Shown here piece after piece: positions 37,496-46,429 of a stretch of 64,000 nt of DNA (the stretch's first letter is position 1; each line of letters begins with the position of its first letter). Source of the DNA: Betaproteobacteria bacterium. GTDB taxonomy: Bacteria > Pseudomonadota > Gammaproteobacteria > Burkholderiales > SG8-41. Position numbers and translations under genes: made by a program. The stretch spans positions 490 to 64,489 of the forward strand of contig CANJQI010000004.1 in assembly GCA_947476215.1 (NCBI GenBank). The letters are read 5' to 3'. Below the pieces are notes generated by a model, which did no database searches, had not been told where the DNA came from, and saw nothing but the letters and a program-made list of their open reading frames with translations.

Positions 37496-38452
37496 ATGCG
37501 GCATCCTTTAATGCGGGCTTTGCCCGCCGTTCTGGCGTTAAGCGCACAAGCTATTTGCGCTCAACCCTATCCCAGCAAACCTATACGCGTCGTCACCGCT
37601 GAGTCCGGCGGCGCCAGCGATCTGCTGGCGCGTTTGATAGCCAACGGGATTTCCGGCCCTCTGGGGCAACCTGTGGTGATAGATAATCGCATGGGCGGAA
37701 TCCTGCTTGCTGAAGTCATTGCCAAAGCGCCGCCGGATGGTTACAACCTGCTTATCTACAGTGGCACCATCTGGGTTGGTCCGCTGTTGCGCGAAAAAAT
37801 GCCGTACGATCCCATCCAGGATTTTTCCCCCGTCACTCTGGTCAGCAGAGCGCCGAGCATAGTCGTCATTCATCCATCGGTCGGGGCAAAAACGATCAAG
37901 GATCTCATCGCTATCGCCAAAGCCAAACCGGGGGTACTCAACTATGGCTCGACGTCGACCGGCGGAGCGTCCCATCTCGCCACGGAACTGTTCAAGGCGA
38001 TGGCGAGTGTCGACATCCTGCGCATCCCCTATAAGAGCAGCACCATCGAAACCACCGACCTGCTGTCCGGTCAAACGCATCTGTCATTTGGCACGGTAAA
38101 CGGCATGATGCCGCACGTCAAACTGGGAAAACTGAAAGCACTGGCGGTCACCAGCGCACAGCCGTCGCCGCTGGCGCCTGGTTTACCTACCGTCGCGGCA
38201 ACCGGCGTGCCCGGCTATGAAGCGGTGGTGTTAGCAGCCATGATGGCGCCGGCAAAAATGCCCGACGCCATCCTCAACAGACTCAGCCAGGAAACGGTAC
38301 GCTTTCTGAAATCCGCGGAAGCTCGGGACAGGCTGTTTGCATCGGGAGTCGATGCCGTCGGCAGCACTCCCGAGGAACTTACCGCCACGATCAAGGCCGA
38401 AGTCGCGCGCTGGGGCAAGGTCATCAAGGATGCCGGCATACGCGCGAACTAA
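37496..38452 (+). CDS. Bug family (TctC-like) substrate-binding protein
   Basis: 318 aa with a signal peptide, then YPSKPIRVVTAESGGASDL. Confidence 0.88.
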   Translation: MRHPLMRALPAVLALSAQAICAQPYPSKPIRVVTAESGGASDLLARLIANGISGPLGQPVVIDNRMGGILLAEVIAKAPPDGYNLLIYSGTIWVGPLLREKMPYDPIQDFSPVTLVSRAPSIVVIHPSVGAKTIKDLIAIAKAKPGVLNYGSTSTGGASHLATELFKAMASVDILRIPYKSSTIETTDLLSGQTHLSFGTVNGMMPHVKLGKLKALAVTSAQPSPLAPGLPTVAATGVPGYEAVVLAAMMAPAKMPDAILNRLSQETVRFLKSAEARDRLFASGVDAVGSTPEELTATIKAEVARWGKVIKDAGIRAN

Positions 38453-38464
38453 AGGTAAGAAACC

Positions 38465-39073
38465 TTAGGTCATCCGGCCTATCATGTCGCTGTGCCGCGC
38501 CAACTGCGTCGCAGCTTGCAGCCGCTGAGCCCGCACGATGCTGATGATATCCTGCAAAGCCACGTCAAATACGTCATTGATGACCACGTAGTTGAACTCG
38601 GCGACATGGCTGATTTCGTCGCGTGCCGCGGCCAGCCGGCGCGCCATCACATCCGCCGGGTCCTGGCCACGATTGTTAAGGCGCGACATCAAAACGTCCA
38701 GCGACGGTGGCAATATGAATATGCCTATGGTGTCCGGTATCAGTTTGCGAACCTGCGCTGCCCCTTGCCAGTCGATTTCGAGCAGGATATCGGCACCGGC
38801 TGCACGTTGCTCGCCGATCCATTGCTGCGAGGTGCCGTAGTAGTTGTCATGCACCAGCGCACTTTCAAGAAAGTCGCCCTGGTCCAGCATACTCTGGAAT
38901 TTCTGTTCAGAAACAAAGTGATATTCCCGCCCGTTGGATTCTCCGGGGCGCGGTTGCCGGGTCGTATATGACACCGACAGCTGAATTCGCGGGTCAGCCT
39001 TGAGCAAGGCCCCGACCAGGCTGGTCTTGCCGGCGCCGGATGGTGCGCAAACGATAAAAAGATTTCCGGTCAT
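38465..39073 (-). CDS. gmk: guanylate kinase
   Basis: 202 aa with P-loop APSGAGKTSL and TTRQPRPGE. Confidence 0.93.
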   Translation of the reverse strand: MTGNLFIVCAPSGAGKTSLVGALLKADPRIQLSVSYTTRQPRPGESNGREYHFVSEQKFQSMLDQGDFLESALVHDNYYGTSQQWIGEQRAAGADILLEIDWQGAAQVRKLIPDTIGIFILPPSLDVLMSRLNNRGQDPADVMARRLAAARDEISHVAEFNYVVINDVFDVALQDIISIVRAQRLQAATQLARHSDMIGRMT

Positions 39074-39118
39074 GATCGTCGTGAGCTGTATGGTACGCCA
39101 AAAACCAGACTGTGCCGA

Positions 39119-39985
39119 TTACTCAATATTCTGTATCTGCTCGCGCATTTGCTCTATCAGAAGCTTGAGTTCCATCGACACTTTGGTGGTTTCCGCATTA
39201 GCCGATTTCGAACCCAGAGTGTTAGCCTCGCGATTGAGCTCCTGCATCAGAAAATCGAGGCGTTTTCCCACCGCGCCTCCCTTGGACAAAGTGCGTTTGA
39301 CCTCGCTGAGGTGCGCCGTAAGTCGCGACAATTCCTCATCGACATCGATACGATTGACGAACAGCGTGATTTCCTGTCGCAAGCGTTCATCATCGCCGCC
39401 CGCCATTGCCTCGCGTAATTTGCCGGTCAGTTTCTCCTGATAAGCCGCGACAATTTTCGGCATCATGGGCGCGACGGATGCGACCTGCTGCTCGGCCGCC
39501 GCAATGCGTTCCAGCAATACTGCCTTGAGTTTTTCACCTTCGCGTGCGCGTGATTCGGTGAATTCGTCCAGAACATCGCGCAACGTTTCATGACACGCAA
39601 TGCGCATCTCGTCGATAGGCACGGAGTCGGTACCCAGCATGCCCGGCCAGCGCAGTATGTCGGCGGCGGTCAGGCCCGGTACACTAGGCCACGCCGCACG
39701 CAGCTTCTCGCTCAGGGCACGCAACTGTTTCAGCGCGTCGGTGTTTAGTTCCAGCGACGGCTGTGCGTTTGGCAGCGGATTCAGGGCTATGCGGCATTCA
39801 ACTTTGCCGCGCTGCAGTTTGGCGACCAGCAGTTCGCGCAGTCCCGGTTCGAGAGGACGCAGGTCATCCGGAATCCGGAATTGCAAATCGAGATAGCGGT
39901 GATTGACCGACCGCAAATCAATATTAAGACCTCTGCCCGCGAGTTCGCGCGTCGCGCTGGCAAATCCCGTCATGCTGTAGATCAT
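39119..39985 (-). CDS. yicC: YicC family stress-induced protein
   Basis: 288 aa. N-terminal MTGFA..., SVNHRYLD and C-terminal EQMREQIQNIE are present. Confidence 0.9.
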   Translation of the reverse strand: MIYSMTGFASATRELAGRGLNIDLRSVNHRYLDLQFRIPDDLRPLEPGLRELLVAKLQRGKVECRIALNPLPNAQPSLELNTDALKQLRALSEKLRAAWPSVPGLTAADILRWPGMLGTDSVPIDEMRIACHETLRDVLDEFTESRAREGEKLKAVLLERIAAAEQQVASVAPMMPKIVAAYQEKLTGKLREAMAGGDDERLRQEITLFVNRIDVDEELSRLTAHLSEVKRTLSKGGAVGKRLDFLMQELNREANTLGSKSANAETTKVSMELKLLIEQMREQIQNIE

Positions 39986-40092
39986 ATTTCACCGTAAAGG
40001 GTGTGATGCGAAGGTGCGGGGTAGAATACGCCGCTGCCGACAGTCGATATTATCGATTATTTTGAAATTTCACGCAGGAAAGATTGCACACT

Positions 40093-40809
40093 ATGCGACC
40101 CAGCAAGCGCCAACCCGACCAGTTACGCGAGATACGCATCACACGCCGCTACACACGGCACGCCGAAGGTTCGGTGCTCATCGAGTGCGGCGACACCAGA
40201 GTGTTGTGCACCGCCAGCATCGAGGAAAAAGTACCGCCGTTCCTGAAAGGCAAAGGACAGGGCTGGCTCACCGCCGAATACGGCATGTTGCCGCGCTCGA
40301 CCAATACGCGCATGGACCGCGAGGCCGCGCGCGGCAAGCAATCAGGCCGTACCCAGGAAATCCAGCGCCTGATAGGCCGCGCTCTGCGCGCGGTGGTCGA
40401 CCTCAAGAAATTCGGCGAACGTACCATACAGATAGACTGCGACGTGATACAGGCCGATGGCGGCACGCGCACCGCCAGCATTACCGGCGCCTATGTCGCG
40501 GTTCACGACGCGATCAGCCAGCTTATGGAGAAGAGCATCATGACATCGACGCCGTTGCTGGATGCCGTCGCGGCGGTGTCGGTCGGCGTCTATAAGGGCA
40601 CGCCCGTGCTCGACCTCGACTACCTGGAAGACTCCGGATGCGACACCGACATGAATATCGTCATGACCGGCAGCGGCGGTCTGGTCGAGGTGCAAGGCAC
40701 CGCCGAGGGCGCGCCGTTCTCACGCACGGAGATGAACGCCATGCTGGACCTCGCGCACCGCGGTATCCAACAATTGATCGCGGCGCAGACTGCAGCATTA
40801 AAAAGCTAA
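40093..40809 (+). CDS. rph: ribonuclease PH
   Basis: The ATG at 40093 after AGGAAAG gives 238 aa: [42 protein letters not shown]. Confidence 0.93.
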   Translation: MRPSKRQPDQLREIRITRRYTRHAEGSVLIECGDTRVLCTASIEEKVPPFLKGKGQGWLTAEYGMLPRSTNTRMDREAARGKQSGRTQEIQRLIGRALRAVVDLKKFGERTIQIDCDVIQADGGTRTASITGAYVAVHDAISQLMEKSIMTSTPLLDAVAAVSVGVYKGTPVLDLDYLEDSGCDTDMNIVMTGSGGLVEVQGTAEGAPFSRTEMNAMLDLAHRGIQQLIAAQTAALKS

Positions 40810-40814
40810 GTTTT

Positions 40815-40939
40815 ACCGCCAAGACGCCAAGACCGCCAAGAAAACCTTGAAGCAGACAAGCAATTTCTCGATATATTTCGTGACAAGCAGGTATTTTCTA
40901 GATCCTTGCTTCTCTTGGCGGCCTTGGCGTCTTGGCGGC
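40815..40939. repeat. MITE-like intergenic element, 27-bp inverted arms made of tandem CCGCCAAG-type octamers (copy A)
   Basis: Left arm ACCGCCAAGACGCCAAGACCGCCAAGA, right arm TCTTGGCGGCCTTGGCGTCTTGGCGGC, with a 69-bp AT-richer interior. A second copy lies at 57104..57241. Confidence 0.7.
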
Positions 40940-40954
40940 TCAACCCTTTAACCC

Positions 40955-41611
40955 ATGAAAAAAATCGTCATCGCATCCAATAACGTCGGCAAGCTGACCG
41001 AGATCGCCGCGATACTGTCGCCGCTCGAGATTGAAATTGTCGCCCAGTCGACACTGGGTGTGCCCGAAGCCGAAGAGCCGTATTGCACTTTTGTTGAAAA
41101 TGCGCTTGCCAAAGCACGTAACGCCAGCCGCCACACCGGTTTGCCGGCGCTTGCCGACGATTCGGGCATTTGTGTCGCCGCATTGAACGGTGCGCCCGGC
41201 GTGCACTCGGCGCGCTTCGCGGACGAGGCGACGAGCAATACAGCTGGTGGGCACGGATCCCAGGATCAGCGCAACAACGAAAAGCTGCTGAAGCTGCTGG
41301 CGAATGAATCCAACCGCAAGGCGCATTACTGTTGTGTCATCGTGCTGACACGTCATGCCAACGACCCGCAACCGATCGTTTGCGAGGCCGAGTGGCACGG
41401 TGAAATCGTCATGACGCCGCGCGGCACTGGAGGTTTTGGCTATGACCCGCTGTTCATGGTTCCTGAATTACGCAGGACCGGCGCCGAACTCAAGGCCGAA
41501 GACAAAAACCGCATCAGCCATCGTGCGAAAGCGCTGGCGATGCTTGCTACACGGTTGGCAGAATCAACGAAGCCTCCGCACAGAACGTTCAGGACGCCGT
41601 TTCGGCGCTGA
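40955..41611 (+). CDS. rdgB: dITP/XTP pyrophosphatase (RdgB/HAM1 family)
   Basis: 218 aa with IVIASNNVGKLTEI, FGYDPLF and ISHRAKAL motifs. Confidence 0.88.
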   Translation: MKKIVIASNNVGKLTEIAAILSPLEIEIVAQSTLGVPEAEEPYCTFVENALAKARNASRHTGLPALADDSGICVAALNGAPGVHSARFADEATSNTAGGHGSQDQRNNEKLLKLLANESNRKAHYCCVIVLTRHANDPQPIVCEAEWHGEIVMTPRGTGGFGYDPLFMVPELRRTGAELKAEDKNRISHRAKALAMLATRLAESTKPPHRTFRTPFRR

Positions 41612-41614
41612 CGC

Positions 41615-42820
41615 GTGTCACCCACGCAGTTTTCCGGCTCCTCTATACTCGATGCACAGTCGGTGCGGTTTTCGGTGCTGCCGCCACTATCGCTATACAT
41701 TCACATCCCCTGGTGCGTGCGCAAATGCCCGTATTGCGACTTCAATTCGCATGAAATACGTGCGGAGACTCCGGAACAACGATACGTCGACGCACTGATC
41801 GCCGACCTCGAATCAGCACTGCCGCTCATCTGGGGCCGCAAAGTGTATACGGTGTTTTTCGGCGGCGGGACGCCCAGCGTATTCTCGGCGCACGGCATTG
41901 AGCAGATCATCAACGCGGTTCGCGCCCGTGTTCCGCTCGCGATCGATGCCGAGATCACGCTGGAAGCCAATCCCGGAACTTTTGAGACGGAGAAATTCAC
42001 CGCGTACCGCGACGCAGGCGTCACTCGCCTGTCCATAGGCATACAGAGCCTGAACCCACGCCACCTGAAAGCGTTGGGGCGCATACATGACGAGCGCGAG
42101 GCGCGCGCGGCGATCGAGATCGGCATGCGCAGCTTTGAAAATATCAACCTCGACATCATGTATGGACTGCCCGAGCAAAGCGTTGCCGAGGCGCTCGCGG
42201 ATATGCGCGCCGCCATCGCCTGCGCACCCCAGCATATATCGGCCTACCACCTGACACTGGAACCCAACACCTTCTTCCACCGCTATCCGCCACGTCTGCC
42301 CGACGACGACCAAACGGCGCAAATGCAGCAGGAGATCGAGGACGTTCTGGCCACGGCCGGCTACCGTCATTACGAAACTTCGGCCTTTGCGCAGACGGGC
42401 CGGCAGTCACGACACAACATGAATTACTGGACGTTTGGCGACTACCTCGGCATAGGCGCCGGTGCACACAGCAAGCTGTCGTTGCCGGACAAAATCACGC
42501 GCCAGGCGCGCTACAAGCAGCCCCGGCAATACATGGAAAGCGCGATGTCCGGTAATGCCGTGCAGGAAGAGCATGACGTCACGGCACGCGATGTGCCGTT
42601 CGAATTCATGATGAACGCGCTGCGGCTCATTGACGGATTTCCGTTGACGCTGTTTGAAGAACGTGCCGGCATGCCGCTCACTTCCGCACTAAGACCGCTG
42701 AACACAGCGGAGCAGAAAGGATACATAACACGCGATCATGCACGCCTCGCGCCGACCATACTGGGGCAGCGATTTCTCAACGACCTGCTGCAGTTATTTC
42801 TGCCCGAAGAGGACCAGTAA
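41615..42820 (+). CDS. hemW: radical SAM family heme chaperone HemW
   Basis: 401 aa with a GTG start and the CxxxCxxC motif (HIPWCVRKCPYCDFNS). Confidence 0.88.
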   Translation: MSPTQFSGSSILDAQSVRFSVLPPLSLYIHIPWCVRKCPYCDFNSHEIRAETPEQRYVDALIADLESALPLIWGRKVYTVFFGGGTPSVFSAHGIEQIINAVRARVPLAIDAEITLEANPGTFETEKFTAYRDAGVTRLSIGIQSLNPRHLKALGRIHDEREARAAIEIGMRSFENINLDIMYGLPEQSVAEALADMRAAIACAPQHISAYHLTLEPNTFFHRYPPRLPDDDQTAQMQQEIEDVLATAGYRHYETSAFAQTGRQSRHNMNYWTFGDYLGIGAGAHSKLSLPDKITRQARYKQPRQYMESAMSGNAVQEEHDVTARDVPFEFMMNALRLIDGFPLTLFEERAGMPLTSALRPLNTAEQKGYITRDHARLAPTILGQRFLNDLLQLFLPEEDQ

Positions 42821-42847
42821 CCCTGGAAACAGCCAGTGCGGCGGATG

Positions 42848-43066
42848 TTACTGCCGCAGCGCGGCAATGACTTCCGATGCCTCGGGAAATCGAGCGTCGC
42901 GAGTTTTCGAATAGACTACCGTGTCATCGCGCGTGACCTCAAAAATCCCGTTGCTGCCCTTGCGTATCTCGGGGTTTACACCCAACGCACTGGAAATCTC
43001 GGCCGCCAACCTGGTGGCCTGGAGCAGATAGTTTCACTGCACGCAATAGGTGATGGTGATTTTCAT
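42848..43066 (-). CDS. SelW/SelT/SelH (Rdx) family selenoprotein candidate, CxxU motif (Sec at the UGA 43036..43034)
   Basis: Not in the ORF track. The minus strand reads MKITITYCVQ-UGA-NYLLQATRLAAEISSALGVNPEIRKGSNGIFEVTRDDTVVYSKTRDARFPEASEVIAALRQ* (72 codons). The architecture matches SelW (YC..U near the N-terminus, G.FEV, hydrophobic C-terminal helix). A hairpin lies 14 nt after the UGA. Confidence 0.75.
43001..43019 (-). promoter_or_regulatory. SECIS-like hairpin downstream of the SelW-like UGA
   Basis: mRNA reads UGA-AACUAUCUGCUCCA-GGCCACCA-GGU-UGGCGGCC. The stem has 7 pairs plus one A/C mismatch, and the apical loop is GGU (or AGGUU). Confidence 0.55.
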
Positions 43067-43107
43067 GGTGCATCCAAAAAACGAAATGAGTAATTATGGC
43101 GCATTAG

Positions 43108-44133
43108 TCACGGCCAAATCTCGTTGAGCACATGCGCCAGTCTGGCACCCGCGCGAGCCAGCTGCCGGGACTGAATCGCGGCCTTCATCGCCATGGTTCT
43201 TCTGGCGTCATCGAATTCGGCGATCCACCGTTCAGCGTTATCGGGATCACGACGTAACTTTATGTTTTTAAATACGTAATTTGATGTTTTCAGCGACTCA
43301 GTGGCCCACTGATCAGGCCACGACGCGGGGCTGCCCGATGATCTGCGGATAGCCATCGCCGTGGCGTGCATGCGGTCGCTGATGGCGCTGGGCACAACAG
43401 ACGACGGAATGGCGTCCCACAACGCATGAAGATTGGTGGAACCGGCGTTGATCCAGTTGCCGCCACGCGTTGACATGATCGTTCTGGTCCTGTTTTCGGG
43501 CAAATCCGGATTGATCGGCTGGCCATCGCCATCCAGATAAATTGCACCGACGTGCAGCGGCTGATGCAGGTCGGCGATGAAATGCGCCAACAACAGTAAT
43601 GCCTCTCTGGAGTCCTGGATGACCAAGGGCGGCGGAGTAGTCTTGCCCTGCAACACGGCGATGGCGGCACGCACACTGTGGACAATGTCGTGATCGTGGG
43701 TGCCCGCATGCGAGCGATCATACTTATCGTGCTGTGTGGCGACATCCGTGTAGTGATATTGCCGGTGGCAGGGCTCGCTGCCGGGATCGCGTGCGCAGTT
43801 GTTCCAATTGCGCCTGACGTAGTCCTCCATGCGAGCACTCCCGCCGTCGCTTTCAAATTCCACGCACGAAGCGCGGTACTGCGGCGCAGGCTCGTATCTG
43901 AACGCGCCAGTTTCCGTCTGCACGACGCCTTTCACGCAGTCGGCCCATTTACCGGCGGCTTGCAGGCTGATGCCGGCGATGGCCTGCACACGCATTCTGG
44001 CATGGGCAGTCAGCAGGCGCTCCGCGATCGCGCCCACCGCTTCATGCCCCGCATAACCCCAGCCGTGAGCGGACATTGCGCCGGTGGCCAGGCCGAGCGC
44101 GAAGAACAACGTCAACCACCAGCGACGCGCCAT
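43108..44133 (-). CDS. S1/P1 nuclease family protein with signal peptide
   Basis: Start at the ATG at 44133 (MARRWWLTLFFALGLATGAMSAHG-WGYAGHE..). The HFIADLHQPLH zinc-ligand motif is present. The longer track ORF overlaps htrA. Confidence 0.8.
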   Translation of the reverse strand: MARRWWLTLFFALGLATGAMSAHGWGYAGHEAVGAIAERLLTAHARMRVQAIAGISLQAAGKWADCVKGVVQTETGAFRYEPAPQYRASCVEFESDGGSARMEDYVRRNWNNCARDPGSEPCHRQYHYTDVATQHDKYDRSHAGTHDHDIVHSVRAAIAVLQGKTTPPPLVIQDSREALLLLAHFIADLHQPLHVGAIYLDGDGQPINPDLPENRTRTIMSTRGGNWINAGSTNLHALWDAIPSSVVPSAISDRMHATAMAIRRSSGSPASWPDQWATESLKTSNYVFKNIKLRRDPDNAERWIAEFDDARRTMAMKAAIQSRQLARAGARLAHVLNEIWP

Positions 44134-44170
44134 GGGTTGAACGTCGCGGCGGCTACTCGGCGGCACCGAG

Positions 44171-45232
44171 TTACACCGACAGTTCGACGGCCGCACCCGC
44201 GCGCAGCACCGTGACCGTGATGGTATCGCCCGCCTGGTGCCGTTCGATGACATCGAGGAACTCGTCCAGCGTGGCAACCGGCTTGCCCTGCATCGCGGTG
44301 ATGATGTCGCCGGCAATGATCTCGCCGCGCGGGCCGCGCAAAAACGGCTTGATGCCCGTGATGTCGGCAGGACTGCGCGGCACGACGCCGACCACGGCGA
44401 GGCCCTTGGGCAGGCGCAACGCGGCGTGGACCTGCGGCAATGCCGGACGTATGCCGAATGCGGGCCGCGTAATCTTGCCATCGTGTATCAAGGTCGGCGC
44501 CAGACGATTAACTTCATCGACCAGAATCGCCAAGCCTATGCCCGCCGACGCGCCCGACGGACTGTAAATCGCGATATTGACGCCGATCAGGCGGCCGGCG
44601 GAATCGAGCAGCGGTCCGCCCGAATTGCCTGAATTGATCGCGGCATCGGTCTGTATCACGCCGCGTATCGTGCGCCGGGTCACCGACTGAATTTCGCGGT
44701 TGAGCGCGCTGATGATGCCCACCGTCAACGTCTGATCGAGACCGAATGGATTGCCGATCGCATAAACCCGCTGCCCGGCCACGAGGTCGCGGCTGGTGCC
44801 TATCATGATCGCCTTCAGTTTGTCGCGCGGCGCCTGGATGCGCAGCACCGCGAGATCGCGGTCCGCGTACGCGCCCACCAGCGTCGCCTGCCATTCGCTC
44901 TGATCGAAAAGTATCACGCGCGCCGCGCTCGCTCCCTGTATGACGTGGAAATTCGTCACCACGTGGCCGCGCTCGTCCCAGATGAATCCGCTGCCGGTGC
45001 CCTGTGGACCCTCGAACACGTCGAGCGAAAACAGATTGCGCTCGTTGGTCACAGTCGTGATGTTGACCACCGACGGCGATGAACTCCGGAAAACCGCGAT
45101 ATTGCTTTTCTCGTCGTCGGCGAACGCACCGCGCGGCTGCGCGAGGGCGGACGCAACCCATCCTCCGCATAGCTGATGCATCGCTGCCACGCATATCAAG
45201 GCCAGCAGCAAAGGGATACGAAAGATATTCAT
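44171..45232 (-). CDS. HtrA/DegP-family (S1C) serine protease with one PDZ domain
   Basis: Start at the ATG at 45232 (MNIFRIPLLLALICV..). The catalytic motifs TNFHV, DLAVL and GNSGGPL are present, with a C-terminal PDZ. Confidence 0.88.
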   Translation of the reverse strand: MNIFRIPLLLALICVAAMHQLCGGWVASALAQPRGAFADDEKSNIAVFRSSSPSVVNITTVTNERNLFSLDVFEGPQGTGSGFIWDERGHVVTNFHVIQGASAARVILFDQSEWQATLVGAYADRDLAVLRIQAPRDKLKAIMIGTSRDLVAGQRVYAIGNPFGLDQTLTVGIISALNREIQSVTRRTIRGVIQTDAAINSGNSGGPLLDSAGRLIGVNIAIYSPSGASAGIGLAILVDEVNRLAPTLIHDGKITRPAFGIRPALPQVHAALRLPKGLAVVGVVPRSPADITGIKPFLRGPRGEIIAGDIITAMQGKPVATLDEFLDVIERHQAGDTITVTVLRAGAAVELSV

Positions 45233-45302
45233 CGCGTAAGCAAAATCCAGTTGTGGTGTCGCGCCGTTGATTTTACGATGCGATGACACCGGCCGGCAGC
45301 GC

Positions 45303-46265
45303 TCATTCGACTTTGATACCCGTATCCTTGATCAATTTTCTCACCTTGGCGATCTCGGATTTCACGGTGTTGCCCAACTCTTCGGGCGTGCTGCCCACGG
45401 CCTCTACACCCCGGCTCAACAAGTTCTCTTTCGCTTCCGGCGTTCTCAGGAAACGCGCGATCTCCTGGCTCAGGCGATTGATGATCGCGGCGGGCGTCTT
45501 TGCCGGCGCAAACACCGCCGTCATCGATCCGTATTCATATCCCGGAACGCCGGAAGCCGCCACCGTCGGCAGACTGGGAAACAGCGCCGACGGCTGGGCG
45601 GTGGATACGGCCACGGCACGCAACCTGCCTGATTTGATGTGCGGGGAAAGCTCCACAGCGGTCCCAAATGTCATCTGCATCTGCCCGCTCAGAAGATCGG
45701 CGATTTCCTGCGCCCCGTTGGTGTAGGCCACGCGCGCGACGTTGATACCCGCCATCGACTTGAAGAGTTCGAATGCGATATGCCCGGAGCCGCCGTTGGA
45801 ACCTGTAGAGCCGTTGAGTGCGCCCGGCTTGGCCTTGGCCAATGCGATCAACTCCTTGACCGTCTTGACCGGCAATGACGGATGCACGGTCAGAACATTG
45901 GGCGACCGGTTGGTGATCGTAATCGGAGAAAAATCATTGACCGGATCGTAGGGCGGTTTCGCCTGAAACAAGGGCCCGATCCAGAACGTTCCGGCCGCGA
46001 GTATCAAGGTATAGCCATCCGGCGCTGCCTGAGACACCAGCTGGCCGGCGATGATGCCGCTCCGATTCTCGATGATTACCTGCTGCCCCAGAGGGCCGGA
46101 AATCCCCTGGCCGATAAAGCGTGCAAAGTAATCGCTGGCGCCGCCGATGGGACCATCCATGATACGAATCGGTTTGGTGGGGTACGTCTGTGCGACCGCA
46201 ATATTCGCAGCCAACATCACGAAGCTTACCGCAATCGCCTTACTAACCGAGCACTTAGGTGACAT
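45303..46265 (-). CDS. Bug family (TctC-like) substrate-binding protein
   Basis: Start at the ATG at 46265 (MSPKCSVSKAIAVSFVMLAANIAVAQ-TYPTKPIRI). Confidence 0.88.
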   Translation of the reverse strand: MSPKCSVSKAIAVSFVMLAANIAVAQTYPTKPIRIMDGPIGGASDYFARFIGQGISGPLGQQVIIENRSGIIAGQLVSQAAPDGYTLILAAGTFWIGPLFQAKPPYDPVNDFSPITITNRSPNVLTVHPSLPVKTVKELIALAKAKPGALNGSTGSNGGSGHIAFELFKSMAGINVARVAYTNGAQEIADLLSGQMQMTFGTAVELSPHIKSGRLRAVAVSTAQPSALFPSLPTVAASGVPGYEYGSMTAVFAPAKTPAAIINRLSQEIARFLRTPEAKENLLSRGVEAVGSTPEELGNTVKSEIAKVRKLIKDTGIKVE

Positions 46266-46363
46266 ATGAATTCCTTTGTGAAGAAGGTACTGGTTCTTCT
46301 TTGACGTGGTTTGCCAAGCAATCGCGCTGTGGGAAGACGCTATTGTCCGGGACACGCCGTGTG

Positions 46364-46399
46364 TTGACAACTGCTATACACCACCATAAGATGTGTATA
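46364..46399 (+). promoter_or_regulatory. candidate sigma70 promoter and operator of the tacAT-like module
   Basis: TTGACA (46364..46369), a 17-nt spacer, then TAAGAT (46387..46392). The inverted repeat TATACAC (46375..46381) / GTGTATA (46393..46399) brackets the -10. Confidence 0.4.
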
Positions 46400-46429
46400 T
46401 CTGTTGTATGTACGAATCAGGAGCAAGCC

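Noticed and set aside
42836-43093. 85-aa plus-strand ORF in the hemW-nuclease gap.
   Set aside because: It has no family resemblance. The opposite strand encodes a much more convincing SelW/Rdx-like protein once the UGA is read as Sec.
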